Source: Patescibacteria group bacterium
GTDB taxonomy: Bacteria > Patescibacteriota > Patescibacteriia > UBA9934
Length of the DNA: 64,000 nt
Direction of reading: 5' to 3'
Assembly: GCA_049296775.1 (NCBI GenBank)
Contig: JBAQTB010000001.1
Location: 31,491-95,490, forward strand
The position numbers and the translations under genes were made by a program. Shown here one piece after another: positions 10,721 to 19,684 of this stretch. The notes under the pieces are model-generated. The model ran no database searches, was not told the origin of the DNA, and saw only the letters and a program-made list of their open reading frames with translations. Positions within the stretch are counted from its first letter, which is position 1. The number at the start of each line of letters is the position of its first letter.

Positions 10721-11166
10721 CCGATACGACTACACAACCCGCGCTCAGCGTCATAATCTGGTGCGTCTGGATCGGATTGAATGATATGCGCGTGCAGATG
10801 AGAAACTGAACCTCCGGTAAAATGTGTATCTCCAAATCTAAGCATGAGAGTACCGCCAGGAATCTGGCGCCGCTCTGTCTCTTCTGCCAGAATGGTCTGT
10901 AGCTCGCCCCAAGCCTGAGCTGACAGCTCAGTCACGTGCTCAATGTGAGTGCTGTGAATTAACAAAATATGGTGCTTGGACGGCTGGTAAGGGTACATGT
11001 TATCCGTGACCGACCAGTGTCCATATGTCCGGATGGGTCGCTTGTGAAAATTCAAAAGCTGCTCAGGGCAAAAAGGACAAACCGCCTGACCCGCAATCTC
11101 CTTAATGACCTGAGCATAAACGCCACGATTGGCGTTATTTTGGTTAACGAGTCCAGCCATACCCAA
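10717..11166 (-). CDS. HIT-family (HINT-like) nucleotide hydrolase.
   Basis: 149 aa with the histidine triad HLHAHII near the C-terminus and an N-terminal CPFC motif as in HINT proteins. Its stop overlaps thyA by 4 nt, and its C-terminus overlaps the convergent deaminase gene. Confidence 0.8.
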   Translation of the reverse strand: MGMAGLVNQNNANRGVYAQVIKEIAGQAVCPFCPEQLLNFHKRPIRTYGHWSVTDNMYPYQPSKHHILLIHSTHIEHVTELSAQAWGELQTILAEETERRQIPGGTLMLRFGDTHFTGGSVSHLHAHIIQSDPDAPDYDAERGLCSRIG

Positions 11167-11168
11167 GA

Positions 11169-12062
11169 CTACACCGGCGTAGGAATTGACATAGCCTCAT
11201 GCGCTACGTAATCGCTAAGCGTGAAATGCTCCGGTCTAAAATCGAAGATATCCATGATGTCTGGCTTGAGAGACATGGTTGGAAAAGGTTTAGGTTCACG
11301 TGCTAGCAGCTCCTCCACCTTGGCATATTGAGATTCGTAAATATGTGCATCAGACAGCGTGTAAACCAACTCTTTAGGCGTATAGCCCATGATTTGAGCC
11401 ACCATCATGGTAAAGGCGGCATACTGAATCATGTTAAAAACTACGCCAACCGGCACATCGCCGCTACGCTGGAAGTGGTGCACGGACAGCTCTTTGGTTT
11501 CTGGATTGGCGATGATGTGCAAATAACCATGACAAGGCGCCACAACCACCTTGCGTGGCGGTAAACCAGAATGCTGAATGGTGTACTGAGGAATCCAAGG
11601 AGAAATGATATGAGTCCGCAAATTAGGTCGCTCTTTGAGCTGCTTAATCACGTGCTCAATTTGGTTAAACGGCGTACCTTCAGCGGTAGGGAAAGCCGCC
11701 CAAGCTGGACCATATGAACCGGGCCCTAGATCGCCTTCTGGCAAGCCAAAAATGTCACAACGCTCTTTAGTTACCCACTTCTTCCACCACCCGCAACCAT
11801 ACGCCTGCATCTGCTCCAGAGTTTGCGCGCCGTGCAAAAAGGCAAAGTGCTCACCTAACGCACCTAACATAAATCTCCCAGACAGATCACGTTCTGTAAT
11901 CATGGGGAAACCGTTCTTAAACGCAAAACGCATCTGATGCCCCAAAACCATCTTGGACTTCTCCCCCTGAATGGGATGCATCTCAGTCCCCTCAGTCATG
12001 ATACGTGTCAATAAATCATGGTACTGACGATCTGGAGTGCGCTCGGCGTAAGGTTTCATCAT
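11169..12062 (-). CDS. thyA: Thymidylate synthase (ThyA family), a divergent form.
   Basis: 297 aa. It has LGHQMRF, DLGPGSYGPAW, the catalytic APCH cysteine, FQRSGD, VFNMIQY (Asn conserved, so dUMP specificity) and DAHIYESQ. Relative to E. coli ThyA it carries a short insertion (SPWIPQYTIQHSGLPPRKVVV) before the catalytic Cys. Confidence 0.8.
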   Translation of the reverse strand: MMKPYAERTPDRQYHDLLTRIMTEGTEMHPIQGEKSKMVLGHQMRFAFKNGFPMITERDLSGRFMLGALGEHFAFLHGAQTLEQMQAYGCGWWKKWVTKERCDIFGLPEGDLGPGSYGPAWAAFPTAEGTPFNQIEHVIKQLKERPNLRTHIISPWIPQYTIQHSGLPPRKVVVAPCHGYLHIIANPETKELSVHHFQRSGDVPVGVVFNMIQYAAFTMMVAQIMGYTPKELVYTLSDAHIYESQYAKVEELLAREPKPFPTMSLKPDIMDIFDFRPEHFTLSDYVAHEAMSIPTPV

Positions 12063-12559
12063 ACTAAGTAATGAAGAAGGAGCGTGTGTGAATTAAGTTG
12101 TTTCACCGACTGAAAGCGTAGTGCTACCCTAGCAAACCCTTGCGCTAACGGCACTCCCCCGCCAAACAAAATCGGCTCAAGTGTCAAGAAAACTTCTGTC
12201 ACCAAGCCCGCCGCCAAAAATTGACCGTAAATAGACGCTCCCCCAGCCACCGCCAAGTCTGTCACGCCTTCAGACTCTAACTTAGCAACCAACTCATGCG
12301 GTTCTAAGTTACTAAATTCGACCCCTGGCATCGGCTTTTCTTTACTAGGATCTTTAGTTAAAACAAGTAAACGCCGGCCCTTTAAAGCGCGGTTAAAGGT
12401 CGAAAAAGTCTTCCTGCCCATCACTACCACGCCAATCTCTTTGGTTTTATCAATAAAAAATTGCTTGTCTTCCTTACTGGTCCAATCCATGGAGGATTGA
12501 TCAACATGTTCAGCGATTTTTCCGTCCGCTGAAATAGCCGCAATCAAAGTAACTTTCAT
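12059..12559 (-). CDS. folA: Dihydrofolate reductase.
   Basis: The six-frame ORF runs to 12685, but the DHFR fold begins at MKVTLIAAISADGKIA (ATG at 12559). It has VVVMGRKTF and LLVLT, and its stop overlaps the thyA start (ATGA), the classic thyA-folA pairing. Confidence 0.75.
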   Translation of the reverse strand: MKVTLIAAISADGKIAEHVDQSSMDWTSKEDKQFFIDKTKEIGVVVMGRKTFSTFNRALKGRRLLVLTKDPSKEKPMPGVEFSNLEPHELVAKLESEGVTDLAVAGGASIYGQFLAAGLVTEVFLTLEPILFGGGVPLAQGFARVALRFQSVKQLNSHTLLLHYLV

Positions 12560-12762
12560 AATGACTGGGCTAAGAAATGCAAAGCTACTAAGAAAAAGTG
12601 AGGCGTGACGGGCAAGCATGGAGCCCATCACACCCCACCATTCCTCGAATCCGCCCACACGATTGCGATACCTCGACTGTGCCATTGCCCACGCTCATGG
12701 TCAACGTCAGAGTGTGGATAGCCAAGATGAATTTTATCAGATTAAAGATTACAGTGGCGAAT

Positions 12763-13188
12763 ATGCAAATTTCATTTCGTCGGCTATCTCCCGACACTCT
12801 AGTACCCGAGTATAAAACTCCTGGTGCCTGCGCCTTTGACGTTGCTGTGATCGAAGAAGTGACCCTAGAGCCCGGTGAGCGTCAACTCCTCTCAACCGGT
12901 TTGGTAGTCACTGTACCCAAAGGCTATGCGTTACTCCTCATGTCGCGCTCCAGTAATGCTAAAAAAGGCTTGCGCCTCTCAAATAGTGTTGGCTTGATTG
13001 ATCAAGATTACTGTGGCCCAACCGATGAACTGAAATGCTCAATCCATAATTTTGGACAAACAGCCTACACGATCACTAAAGGCGAACGGCTCGCCCAAGC
13101 CCTCATTGTGCCCATTGTAATGGGTGATTTTATAGAAACACATGAGGTCAAGGCGGGAGACAGGGGCGGTTTTGGCACAACTGGCTAG
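12763..13188 (+). CDS. dut: dUTP diphosphatase.
   Basis: dUTPase motifs AGACAFDVAV, LLSTGLVV, RSSNAKKGL, GLIDQDYCG and the C-terminal RGGFGTTG. The ORF opens at 12598, but MQISFRRLSPDT at 12763 matches the family N-terminus. Confidence 0.8.
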   Translation: MQISFRRLSPDTLVPEYKTPGACAFDVAVIEEVTLEPGERQLLSTGLVVTVPKGYALLLMSRSSNAKKGLRLSNSVGLIDQDYCGPTDELKCSIHNFGQTAYTITKGERLAQALIVPIVMGDFIETHEVKAGDRGGFGTTG

Positions 13189-13212
13189 TTTGTTTGCTAT
13201 ACTTTAAGGCAT

Positions 13213-14070
13213 ATGGCTTCACTTATCAGCATCGGACAAATCCTTGATCAAAGCTTGGAACACGGTAAAAAATATTCTAAAGAACTCTTAGCGATTCTGC
13301 TCTGGATAGTCATTGCGGCTATTCCCTCAATTATTAGTCGACTCATTGCTCCAAGTGACGCCACAGACAGATTGAATACCGGTGACTGGATCTCGTTTGG
13401 TTTATCCTTGAGCGGGTTAATTATTACCGGCGTTGTGAGCGTGTGGGCCTATGCGGTCTTTATCTTGGCCGTAGATAGTCAGATGGCTAAGAGAAAAACA
13501 GATTTAAAAGCGTTGTACCAACACGGCTGGAAGATCTTCTGGAAATACCTAGCCCTGACCATCTCATTAGTAGGTGTAGTAATTGCCGCTGCGCTACCAG
13601 CGATCCTAGGAGTAGTGATAACTATTCTGGGTAGCACCGACAATGCTCCAGGCTTCCTGGCGGCCATTGGAGTACCGCTGCTCTTAATTGGATGTCCGAT
13701 CTCCATTTTCCTCATCATGAAATACGTAGTGCTCTTTGCTTTTGCGCCGTATCTTATGGTGCTAGAGAAAAAGTCACTCACGAATTCGTTTAAAGAGAGT
13801 GCTAAATTGGTCAAAGGACGCTGGTTAGCCGTGGCTATGAGGTTTATAGTGCCTAAGCTCGTCTTTTTCTTGGTCATGTACCTCATCACCGCTGTGGTGA
13901 CTATGGCTCTCAGCCTGCTCCTCGGCACAACGGCGACCATGTCTGGATTACTGACCTTGATTGTTTACGCTTTTAGTTTGCTGATCTCAGTCTTCCTGTC
14001 TATTGTCACCACGCCCCTCATCATTACCACCGACTACTTGCTGTATGACAGTCTCAAAAAAACCCGCTAA
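13213..14070 (+). CDS. Hypothetical polytopic membrane protein (tandem paralogue A).
   Basis: 285 aa with at least 6 TM helices. FKESAKLVKGRWLAVAMRFIV aligns with FKTSYALVKGQFWAILFRLVM in the next gene. Confidence 0.5.
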   Translation: MASLISIGQILDQSLEHGKKYSKELLAILLWIVIAAIPSIISRLIAPSDATDRLNTGDWISFGLSLSGLIITGVVSVWAYAVFILAVDSQMAKRKTDLKALYQHGWKIFWKYLALTISLVGVVIAAALPAILGVVITILGSTDNAPGFLAAIGVPLLLIGCPISIFLIMKYVVLFAFAPYLMVLEKKSLTNSFKESAKLVKGRWLAVAMRFIVPKLVFFLVMYLITAVVTMALSLLLGTTATMSGLLTLIVYAFSLLISVFLSIVTTPLIITTDYLLYDSLKKTR

Positions 14071-14857
14071 GCATCCGGTGGTCAGCACAGCTAAGTCACA
14101 GAGCGCCCAAAAATTACCGGGCGTTCTTTTCTTGATTAAAGACGCGACCGTTGTCACTTTCAAACTCAAAACTGTCATCTTGGGCTATGTGGCCTGGCTC
14201 CTAATACCCATTGGCCTCTTGCTAATTGCCCAAAATATCCCGGCACCGTATACAGAGTATTTGATTACCTTTGCCAATACCTTAACCCTCATCTTGAGCC
14301 TCTGGGTGACAGCCGCCATCACGCTATACGTAGCCGTAATCGTGAGCCATGACGCTGATGCCGACATTAACTTCACAGCGCTTGGCAACAGAGCTTGGGA
14401 AAAAGTCCTTAACCTGTTTGTCATTCAAGTACTCACGGTTATCGCTGTGGTCTGCGGCTTAATTCTCTTTGTCATTCCGGGCATAGTGCTCTGGGTCTGG
14501 ACGATCTTTGCGGTACAGGAGTCAATTCTAAGCGCCGCGTCTATCAAAGAAAATTTCAAAACTAGCTACGCCTTAGTGAAGGGTCAGTTTTGGGCGATCC
14601 TGTTCAGACTAGTCATGGCTAACCTCATCTTTACCTGTGTCATAGGCTTAGCGCTCGGTACGCTCATGAATCTGGGCCATTATGACCCGGGATTACTCAG
14701 TCTAGATGAATTCGCAGCTTGGCCAATCTGGTTAAGCATCGGTTTTGGCCTGATTATTTTACCCGTGTTGCCTGTAGCCCTCATCTTCCAACTCCTCCTT
14801 TACTTTGCGGTCAAAAAGTCGTACCCTGAGGTGGAAGTTAATCGCTCACACCCCTAG
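14045..14857 (+). CDS. Hypothetical polytopic membrane protein (tandem paralogue B).
   Basis: A paralogue of 13213..14070. The start is ambiguous: ATG 14045 overlaps the upstream gene by 26 nt, and GTG at about 14078 is an alternative. Confidence 0.45.
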   Translation: MTVSKKPAKHPVVSTAKSQSAQKLPGVLFLIKDATVVTFKLKTVILGYVAWLLIPIGLLLIAQNIPAPYTEYLITFANTLTLILSLWVTAAITLYVAVIVSHDADADINFTALGNRAWEKVLNLFVIQVLTVIAVVCGLILFVIPGIVLWVWTIFAVQESILSAASIKENFKTSYALVKGQFWAILFRLVMANLIFTCVIGLALGTLMNLGHYDPGLLSLDEFAAWPIWLSIGFGLIILPVLPVALIFQLLLYFAVKKSYPEVEVNRSHP

Positions 14858-14880
14858 CCGTGGCCTCTAGCCACCGTTCT

Positions 14881-16392
14881 ATGCGCCTCCAACCTGTCAT
14901 TGGACTTGAGACTCATGTCCAGCTGAAAACCAAAACTAAAATGTTCTGCGGCTGTTCAGCACATTCTGAACATCTCCCGCCCAACACCAATGTTTGCCCG
15001 GTGTGCATGGGGCATCCCGGCACCCTCCCCCTACCCAATCAGCAGGCCGTACATTGGGCTGTACTTTTAGGTCTAGCGTTGAATGGCCAAATCACGCCCC
15101 ACTCAAAATTCGATAGAAAAAATTACTTCTATCCGGATTTGCCCAAGGCTTATCAGATCTCTCAATTCGACCTCCCAATCATGACCGAGGGCGAGGTTGA
15201 GTTAGATGACATTCCCGGCGAGGCTCCCAAGACAATCAGACTTGAACGCATGCACCTAGAGGAGGATGCAGCTAAAAATATCCACGGCGCCGACGGCAAA
15301 ACTTACGTAGATTTCAACCGTGGTGGCACCCCACTTTGTGAAATTGTGACGGCTCCGGTTTTTGAGAATGCCGCTCAAGCCAAAGCTTACGTGCAGGAAT
15401 TGCGTTTGCTTGTACGCATGCTGGGCATTAGTGACGGCGATCTAGAGAGAGGCCACATGCGCTGCGACGTGAATATCTCCTTACGTGAGGTCGATGACAA
15501 AGGTATGCCGCTGTCACCGGTTCTGTCACCAAAAACTGAGATCAAAAACATCAACTCTTTCAGAGCTATAGAAAGAGCTATCGCTTACGAGGTCAAGCGA
15601 CAAACAGAGCTCTGGGAAGCCGGCAATCCACCAGACAAAACCTTCACCCGCGGCTGGAATGACACTAAGCAAATCACAGAAGAACAGCGCGCTAAAGAAG
15701 ATTCGGCCGATTATAGATACTTCCCGGATCCAGATATCCCACCGCTTGAGTTAGCTTCAATAGCTAAAGACCTCAAGCCCCGCATGCCAGAGCTACCCAC
15801 AGCCAAACGCCACCGCCTGAAGCAGGAATACGGTTTCAAAACAGAAGATATTCGGATGATCATGGAAGATCCGGCGCTAGCTGACTTTGCTGAAAGAGCT
15901 TTAAGTGAGCTAGGTGCGTGGATCATTGCCAAACCAGAAATCACCGCCGACCAAATGCCAGAAGCACGCCAGAAACTGACCAAGACTTTCTCCGGCTGGT
16001 TACTGACCAAACTCATGGGCCTCCTAGAAGAGCGCAAGAGCGACATCCGGACCATGAAATTAAGTCCAGAAAATTTCGCTGAATTCGTGTCACTCATTGC
16101 TGATAATAAACTCACCGGCCCGAAAGGACTCGAAGTCCTTGGAAAAATGCTCGATGACGGCAGCGATCCAAGTCACGTCATGGAAGAGCTAGGCGCAACC
16201 CGCATGGATGACATGAGCGCCCTTGAAGCTATCGTAAAGACTGTTATACAAGAGAACCCCAAAGAAGCCGACCGGTATAAAGCTGGTGATACCAAGTTGA
16301 TCCAATTCTTTGTAGGCCAGGTCATGAAAGCCTCCAAAGGCAACGCTGATCCGAGCAATACCTCACAAGCTATCAAGAACATTTTGGGATAA
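14881..16392 (+). CDS. gatB: Asp-tRNA(Asn)/Glu-tRNA(Gln) amidotransferase subunit B.
   Basis: VIGLETHVQLKTKTKMFCGC, PVCMGHPGTLP and the GatB/YqeY C-terminal domain. The ORF opens at 14860, and the family N-terminus suggests the MRLQPVIGLE start at 14881. Confidence 0.9.
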   Translation: MRLQPVIGLETHVQLKTKTKMFCGCSAHSEHLPPNTNVCPVCMGHPGTLPLPNQQAVHWAVLLGLALNGQITPHSKFDRKNYFYPDLPKAYQISQFDLPIMTEGEVELDDIPGEAPKTIRLERMHLEEDAAKNIHGADGKTYVDFNRGGTPLCEIVTAPVFENAAQAKAYVQELRLLVRMLGISDGDLERGHMRCDVNISLREVDDKGMPLSPVLSPKTEIKNINSFRAIERAIAYEVKRQTELWEAGNPPDKTFTRGWNDTKQITEEQRAKEDSADYRYFPDPDIPPLELASIAKDLKPRMPELPTAKRHRLKQEYGFKTEDIRMIMEDPALADFAERALSELGAWIIAKPEITADQMPEARQKLTKTFSGWLLTKLMGLLEERKSDIRTMKLSPENFAEFVSLIADNKLTGPKGLEVLGKMLDDGSDPSHVMEELGATRMDDMSALEAIVKTVIQENPKEADRYKAGDTKLIQFFVGQVMKASKGNADPSNTSQAIKNILG

Positions 16393-16423
16393 AAAAACTG
16401 AGGCTTAGGCCTCAGTTTTTTTA
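16391..16423. terminator. Bidirectional intrinsic terminator shared by gatB (+) and miaA (-).
   Basis: aaaaaaa-ctgaggc-ttag-gcctcag-ttttttt. Confidence 0.75.
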
Positions 16424-17359
16424 TTGCAGAAACTTTTGAGCAACTTCCACAGCGCTCTTAGCGTCGCGGACCCAAATGATCCGATCGTCGCGCTTGAACC
16501 AGGTCTCTTGGCGTTTGGCGTAATGATGACTATCAAATTTGATACGTGTCACGGCGTCGCGGAGTTTGGTTTTGCCATCTAAGAACTCGCAAATTTGGCG
16601 ATAACCAATGCCGGTCATAGCCGTGGCGTTAGTACCGTACTTGTTCCGAAGCTCACGCACTTCATCGACCAGGCCGCCGGCGATCATGCCGTCAACACGC
16701 TCGTCGATACGGGCATAGAGGACTTCACGCTCAATCTCGATCCCAAGCTGTAAAGCATCGTACCGTGGGGCGTCGAACTTCTGGGTCTCAGCCAGGGTCT
16801 TACCAGTAGCTCGTAAAATCTCGATAGCACGCTCTAAGCGACGACGATTATCTTCATCGATCGTGGCAGCTGTGTCCGGATCACGCTCGGCGATCTCCGT
16901 CATAAGCTCGGCGTTCGAGAGCGTCGCCAGCTCAACGCGCAAGGTGTCATCTGGAGGCACGGCCGTAAAATTCGGTCTGTCGATCACAGCGCGTATATAC
17001 AGACCGGTACCGCCAACCAAAATTGGCACATGACCACGCTCTAAAATCTCGGCTATTTTAATGTCAGCATACGCCTGGAACTCGGCCACACTGAAAGTCT
17101 TATCGGGATCAGTAATGTCTAGCCCCCAGTGAGGGATGCCTTCCACCATCAGCGGCTTCTCCCCCGCCATCTGCTTAAGGTCTCCGCCCAAAATACGTTC
17201 GCCGACTGGCTTGGCGGTACCAATATCTAAACCCCGGTAAATAGTTCTAGAGTCAGCAGCAATAACTTCACCCTCAAAAGCACGAGCCAAAGCTAAACCA
17301 ATGTCAGTTTTACCTGAAGCCGTAGGGCCGACCACTGCAAGAATTTTGGGTAAAGGCAT
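16421..17359 (-). CDS. miaA: tRNA dimethylallyltransferase.
   Basis: 312 aa with the P-loop ILAVVGPTASGKTDIGLALA, DSRTIYRGLDIGTAKP and GGTGLY. Confidence 0.9.
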   Translation of the reverse strand: MPLPKILAVVGPTASGKTDIGLALARAFEGEVIAADSRTIYRGLDIGTAKPVGERILGGDLKQMAGEKPLMVEGIPHWGLDITDPDKTFSVAEFQAYADIKIAEILERGHVPILVGGTGLYIRAVIDRPNFTAVPPDDTLRVELATLSNAELMTEIAERDPDTAATIDEDNRRRLERAIEILRATGKTLAETQKFDAPRYDALQLGIEIEREVLYARIDERVDGMIAGGLVDEVRELRNKYGTNATAMTGIGYRQICEFLDGKTKLRDAVTRIKFDSHHYAKRQETWFKRDDRIIWVRDAKSAVEVAQKFLQ

Positions 17360-17409
17360 AAGTAGCCACTAGTTTGCCCGGAATTTGTTAAAGCTGCAAC
17401 TTGGAAGAT

Positions 17410-17451
17410 TGTAAAAAAGATGAGAGCGGGGGCCCGGATGGGCCCCCGCTC
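17410..17451 (-). terminator. Strong GC hairpin terminator after the hypothetical gene 17501..18265.
   Basis: gagcgggggccc-ggat-gggcccccgctc, a 12 bp perfect stem, followed on the minus strand by UCAUCUUUUUUAC. Confidence 0.7.
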
Positions 17452-17500
17452 GCGCGGTCACCGGTAACCGGGGCCCCAGTCTGGGACCCCAAGTAACCTG

Positions 17501-18265
17501 CTAATCATTTTTCACCAGTCGCAGCACGCCCGGTTGGCGCGGCTGCGTAACTGGCAGTGGCGGAATATTCCGCTCCGGAATGTCGTCGTCTTCTTCGAGC
17601 TTCCCCAGACATGAGTCTGGAAAATACTCGATTCTTTTACCGCTCGCTGACAGCGAGCGCTTGAACTTAGGCCGTTGCTCGAGTTCCAAACGTACGTACT
17701 CTTGGGCGGCAATGTAAGCCGTCCAGATCAGGTTGAAAAACTCGACCATCACCCCCAATTGATACGTGGAGTGCATGGCCCGCTTTTCAAATTTATCGCG
17801 GAAGTCACCGCGCGCCAGCCTGTAAGAGACCTCGTATTCCGGCCTCGCAAGATGCTCCTGCTGCCAGGCGTGTAACTTTTCCGGCTCAAGAAGCCGGATC
17901 AGCCTCTCCGCGCGATACGCGATTACTTCTGGCAGATCCATGATCGGCCCAGAGCAAAAGGGCAGAAAGCGCTCCTTGATCCAGAGACACATCTCACCCC
18001 AGAATTCCGGAGAGAAATCGGCGTCATCGTCAACCGCGCGCACGTAATTCTGGATCACTCCAGCCAAACGCGGTAGATGAGCACGCCGCGTGCCTCCCCC
18101 TTTTGGGAGCTGTACCAGGATACCTGGCGACACGAAGCATCTGTGAACGCAGTCAAGGATGTCATCCCGCCTGCACTGAGGTGCAGTGTACGGCATGTCG
18201 GAATGAACCAAAAACAGATTGAATCGTTGAGTCAAAGAACACCTCCAGTTAGCTGAAGCTAGCAA
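17501..18265 (-). CDS. Hypothetical protein.
   Basis: 254 aa, soluble, rich in Cys and Trp, with no recognisable motifs. Divergent from the three-gene block to its right. Confidence 0.45.
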   Translation of the reverse strand: MLASANWRCSLTQRFNLFLVHSDMPYTAPQCRRDDILDCVHRCFVSPGILVQLPKGGGTRRAHLPRLAGVIQNYVRAVDDDADFSPEFWGEMCLWIKERFLPFCSGPIMDLPEVIAYRAERLIRLLEPEKLHAWQQEHLARPEYEVSYRLARGDFRDKFEKRAMHSTYQLGVMVEFFNLIWTAYIAAQEYVRLELEQRPKFKRSLSASGKRIEYFPDSCLGKLEEDDDIPERNIPPLPVTQPRQPGVLRLVKND

Positions 18266-18333
18266 AAAAATCGACTTTTGTCAATCTGTCCACCCTAAGG
18301 TGCGGTATACTGTGATGAATAATTGCAGGCTCT

Positions 18334-19611
18334 ATGGTGGAACAAGCGGCGCGTAATCGAGCTGAAGTGGGTCGAAAATCCCCAGAAACTCAGCCAAAGG
18401 CTCGTGAAGTGTTAAAATTCAATGGATCCAAGCCAACTCTAGAAGCCCACCCTGTAACCCCGGAAACACCCGATTACGGCTTAGACCAGGTCACTTACAC
18501 AGCTGGCCAAGAGGTCAAGCTTATGGATGAAGCCGGTCGAACGACAGACTACACCGTAGTCTCCGCCAATCCGGATGATGGCGACGTGTTTCTACAAAAA
18601 ACTGGGGATACCACCGTCGCCCCCTCTCTGGAAATCAGACATAGGCTAGAGTTAGCACTAGAAGAAGCTGTACATCCCATCGCCGCTCAAGCCGACCAAT
18701 TGTGGCCCAAACTTTTGGCTAAATATACAAACTTGTCAGGATTCCAAGGGAACGATGAGAATTTCATCAGCAAGGTCACCGGCGGCAAAGGTAAGATTCT
18801 ATATCTGACCGGTTTAGAAGTTCTCAAAGACCATCCCAACTTTCAGAGTACTAATGATCAAGATCTACTCGAACGTGTCTTAGACAAAAACCTCAAACAG
18901 TACGCCGTTGAACACGCTAAATCAAAGGTTGAAGATAGGCATCCAGTCATTACTGCGGAACATCAAATCAGCAACTACGCCCTAAACTGCAAAATTCAAG
19001 CTGACTTAAGATGCACAGATGAAGAGCTGAAAGCGTCAGAAAAAATGCAAGAGTTAATTGAAGTAGAGATCACAACTGCCCTATCCAATGATCCACCGCT
19101 GCTCGAAATAGATGAGAATGACGACTGGGATAAAACCGAAGCAAAGCCTAATGCTCCAGAAAAATATCGGCCAATCGATGAACCTTATGGAGTTACATTA
19201 AGCCGAGCCAGAGAAACTTGGGCAGAAATGGGTCAACAGGCAGAAACTTATCAGAGACTAGTGCAAACGGAAGACCTTAGCTTAGATAAGCTGCAGGATA
19301 TTTATAGAGCTTTGAGCAAGTCGCTAGCAGAGGCCAAGGCTAGCTCTAGGCTCTTAAATGCTAAGCGCTTAGAATTGAGGGTGGACAAAGATGGCGCTCA
19401 GATCTCACTAGCCGAGCTCGATAAATGGGAGCAAATAGTCGCCAATCTCAAAAATCAAAACTTGGGAGTTGCAGATAAAACAATTAAAACACCCAAACTG
19501 GTAGGTCCGGTTGGATTCAATATATCGACACCGACGTCCGCGCCAGAGATAAAACCACCAAGTAAGGTCGCTAAGGTTCTAGATAAAATCAGTGAATGGT
19601 TCCGGATCTAA
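18334..19611 (+). CDS. Hypothetical hydrophilic protein.
   Basis: 425 aa with no signal peptide or TM segment, acidic and helix-prone. No family recognised. Confidence 0.5.
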   Translation: MVEQAARNRAEVGRKSPETQPKAREVLKFNGSKPTLEAHPVTPETPDYGLDQVTYTAGQEVKLMDEAGRTTDYTVVSANPDDGDVFLQKTGDTTVAPSLEIRHRLELALEEAVHPIAAQADQLWPKLLAKYTNLSGFQGNDENFISKVTGGKGKILYLTGLEVLKDHPNFQSTNDQDLLERVLDKNLKQYAVEHAKSKVEDRHPVITAEHQISNYALNCKIQADLRCTDEELKASEKMQELIEVEITTALSNDPPLLEIDENDDWDKTEAKPNAPEKYRPIDEPYGVTLSRARETWAEMGQQAETYQRLVQTEDLSLDKLQDIYRALSKSLAEAKASSRLLNAKRLELRVDKDGAQISLAELDKWEQIVANLKNQNLGVADKTIKTPKLVGPVGFNISTPTSAPEIKPPSKVAKVLDKISEWFRI

Positions 19612-19646
19612 AGTGTCCCCACGCTAGAGAAATATACGCTAAAAAA

Positions 19647-19656
19647 TTGCTATAAT
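19647..19656 (+). promoter_or_regulatory. Extended -10 promoter element upstream of 19685.
   Basis: TTGCTATAAT (TG-n-TATAAT), 28 nt upstream of the ATG. Confidence 0.35.
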
Positions 19657-19684
19657 TAGAGCAATCTTATTCTTTGATTTTGCT

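Noticed and set aside
11169-12062. Considered whether the ThyA homologue is a dUMP or dCMP hydroxymethylase, as in DNA hypermodification clusters.
   Set aside because: The Asn that specifies dUMP (VFNMIQY) is conserved, and a DHFR gene is translationally coupled to it. DHFR is needed only when ThyA oxidises methylene-THF to DHF. That favours bona fide thymidylate synthase, though the divergence is noted.
12560-12762. N-terminal extensions of the DHFR ORF (to 12685) and the dUTPase ORF (from 12598), which would make the two genes overlap divergently.
   Set aside because: Family alignments place the real starts at 12559 (MKVTLIAAIS) and 12763 (MQISFRRLS). The extensions are non-homologous read-through of the six-frame track and would leave no room for promoters.
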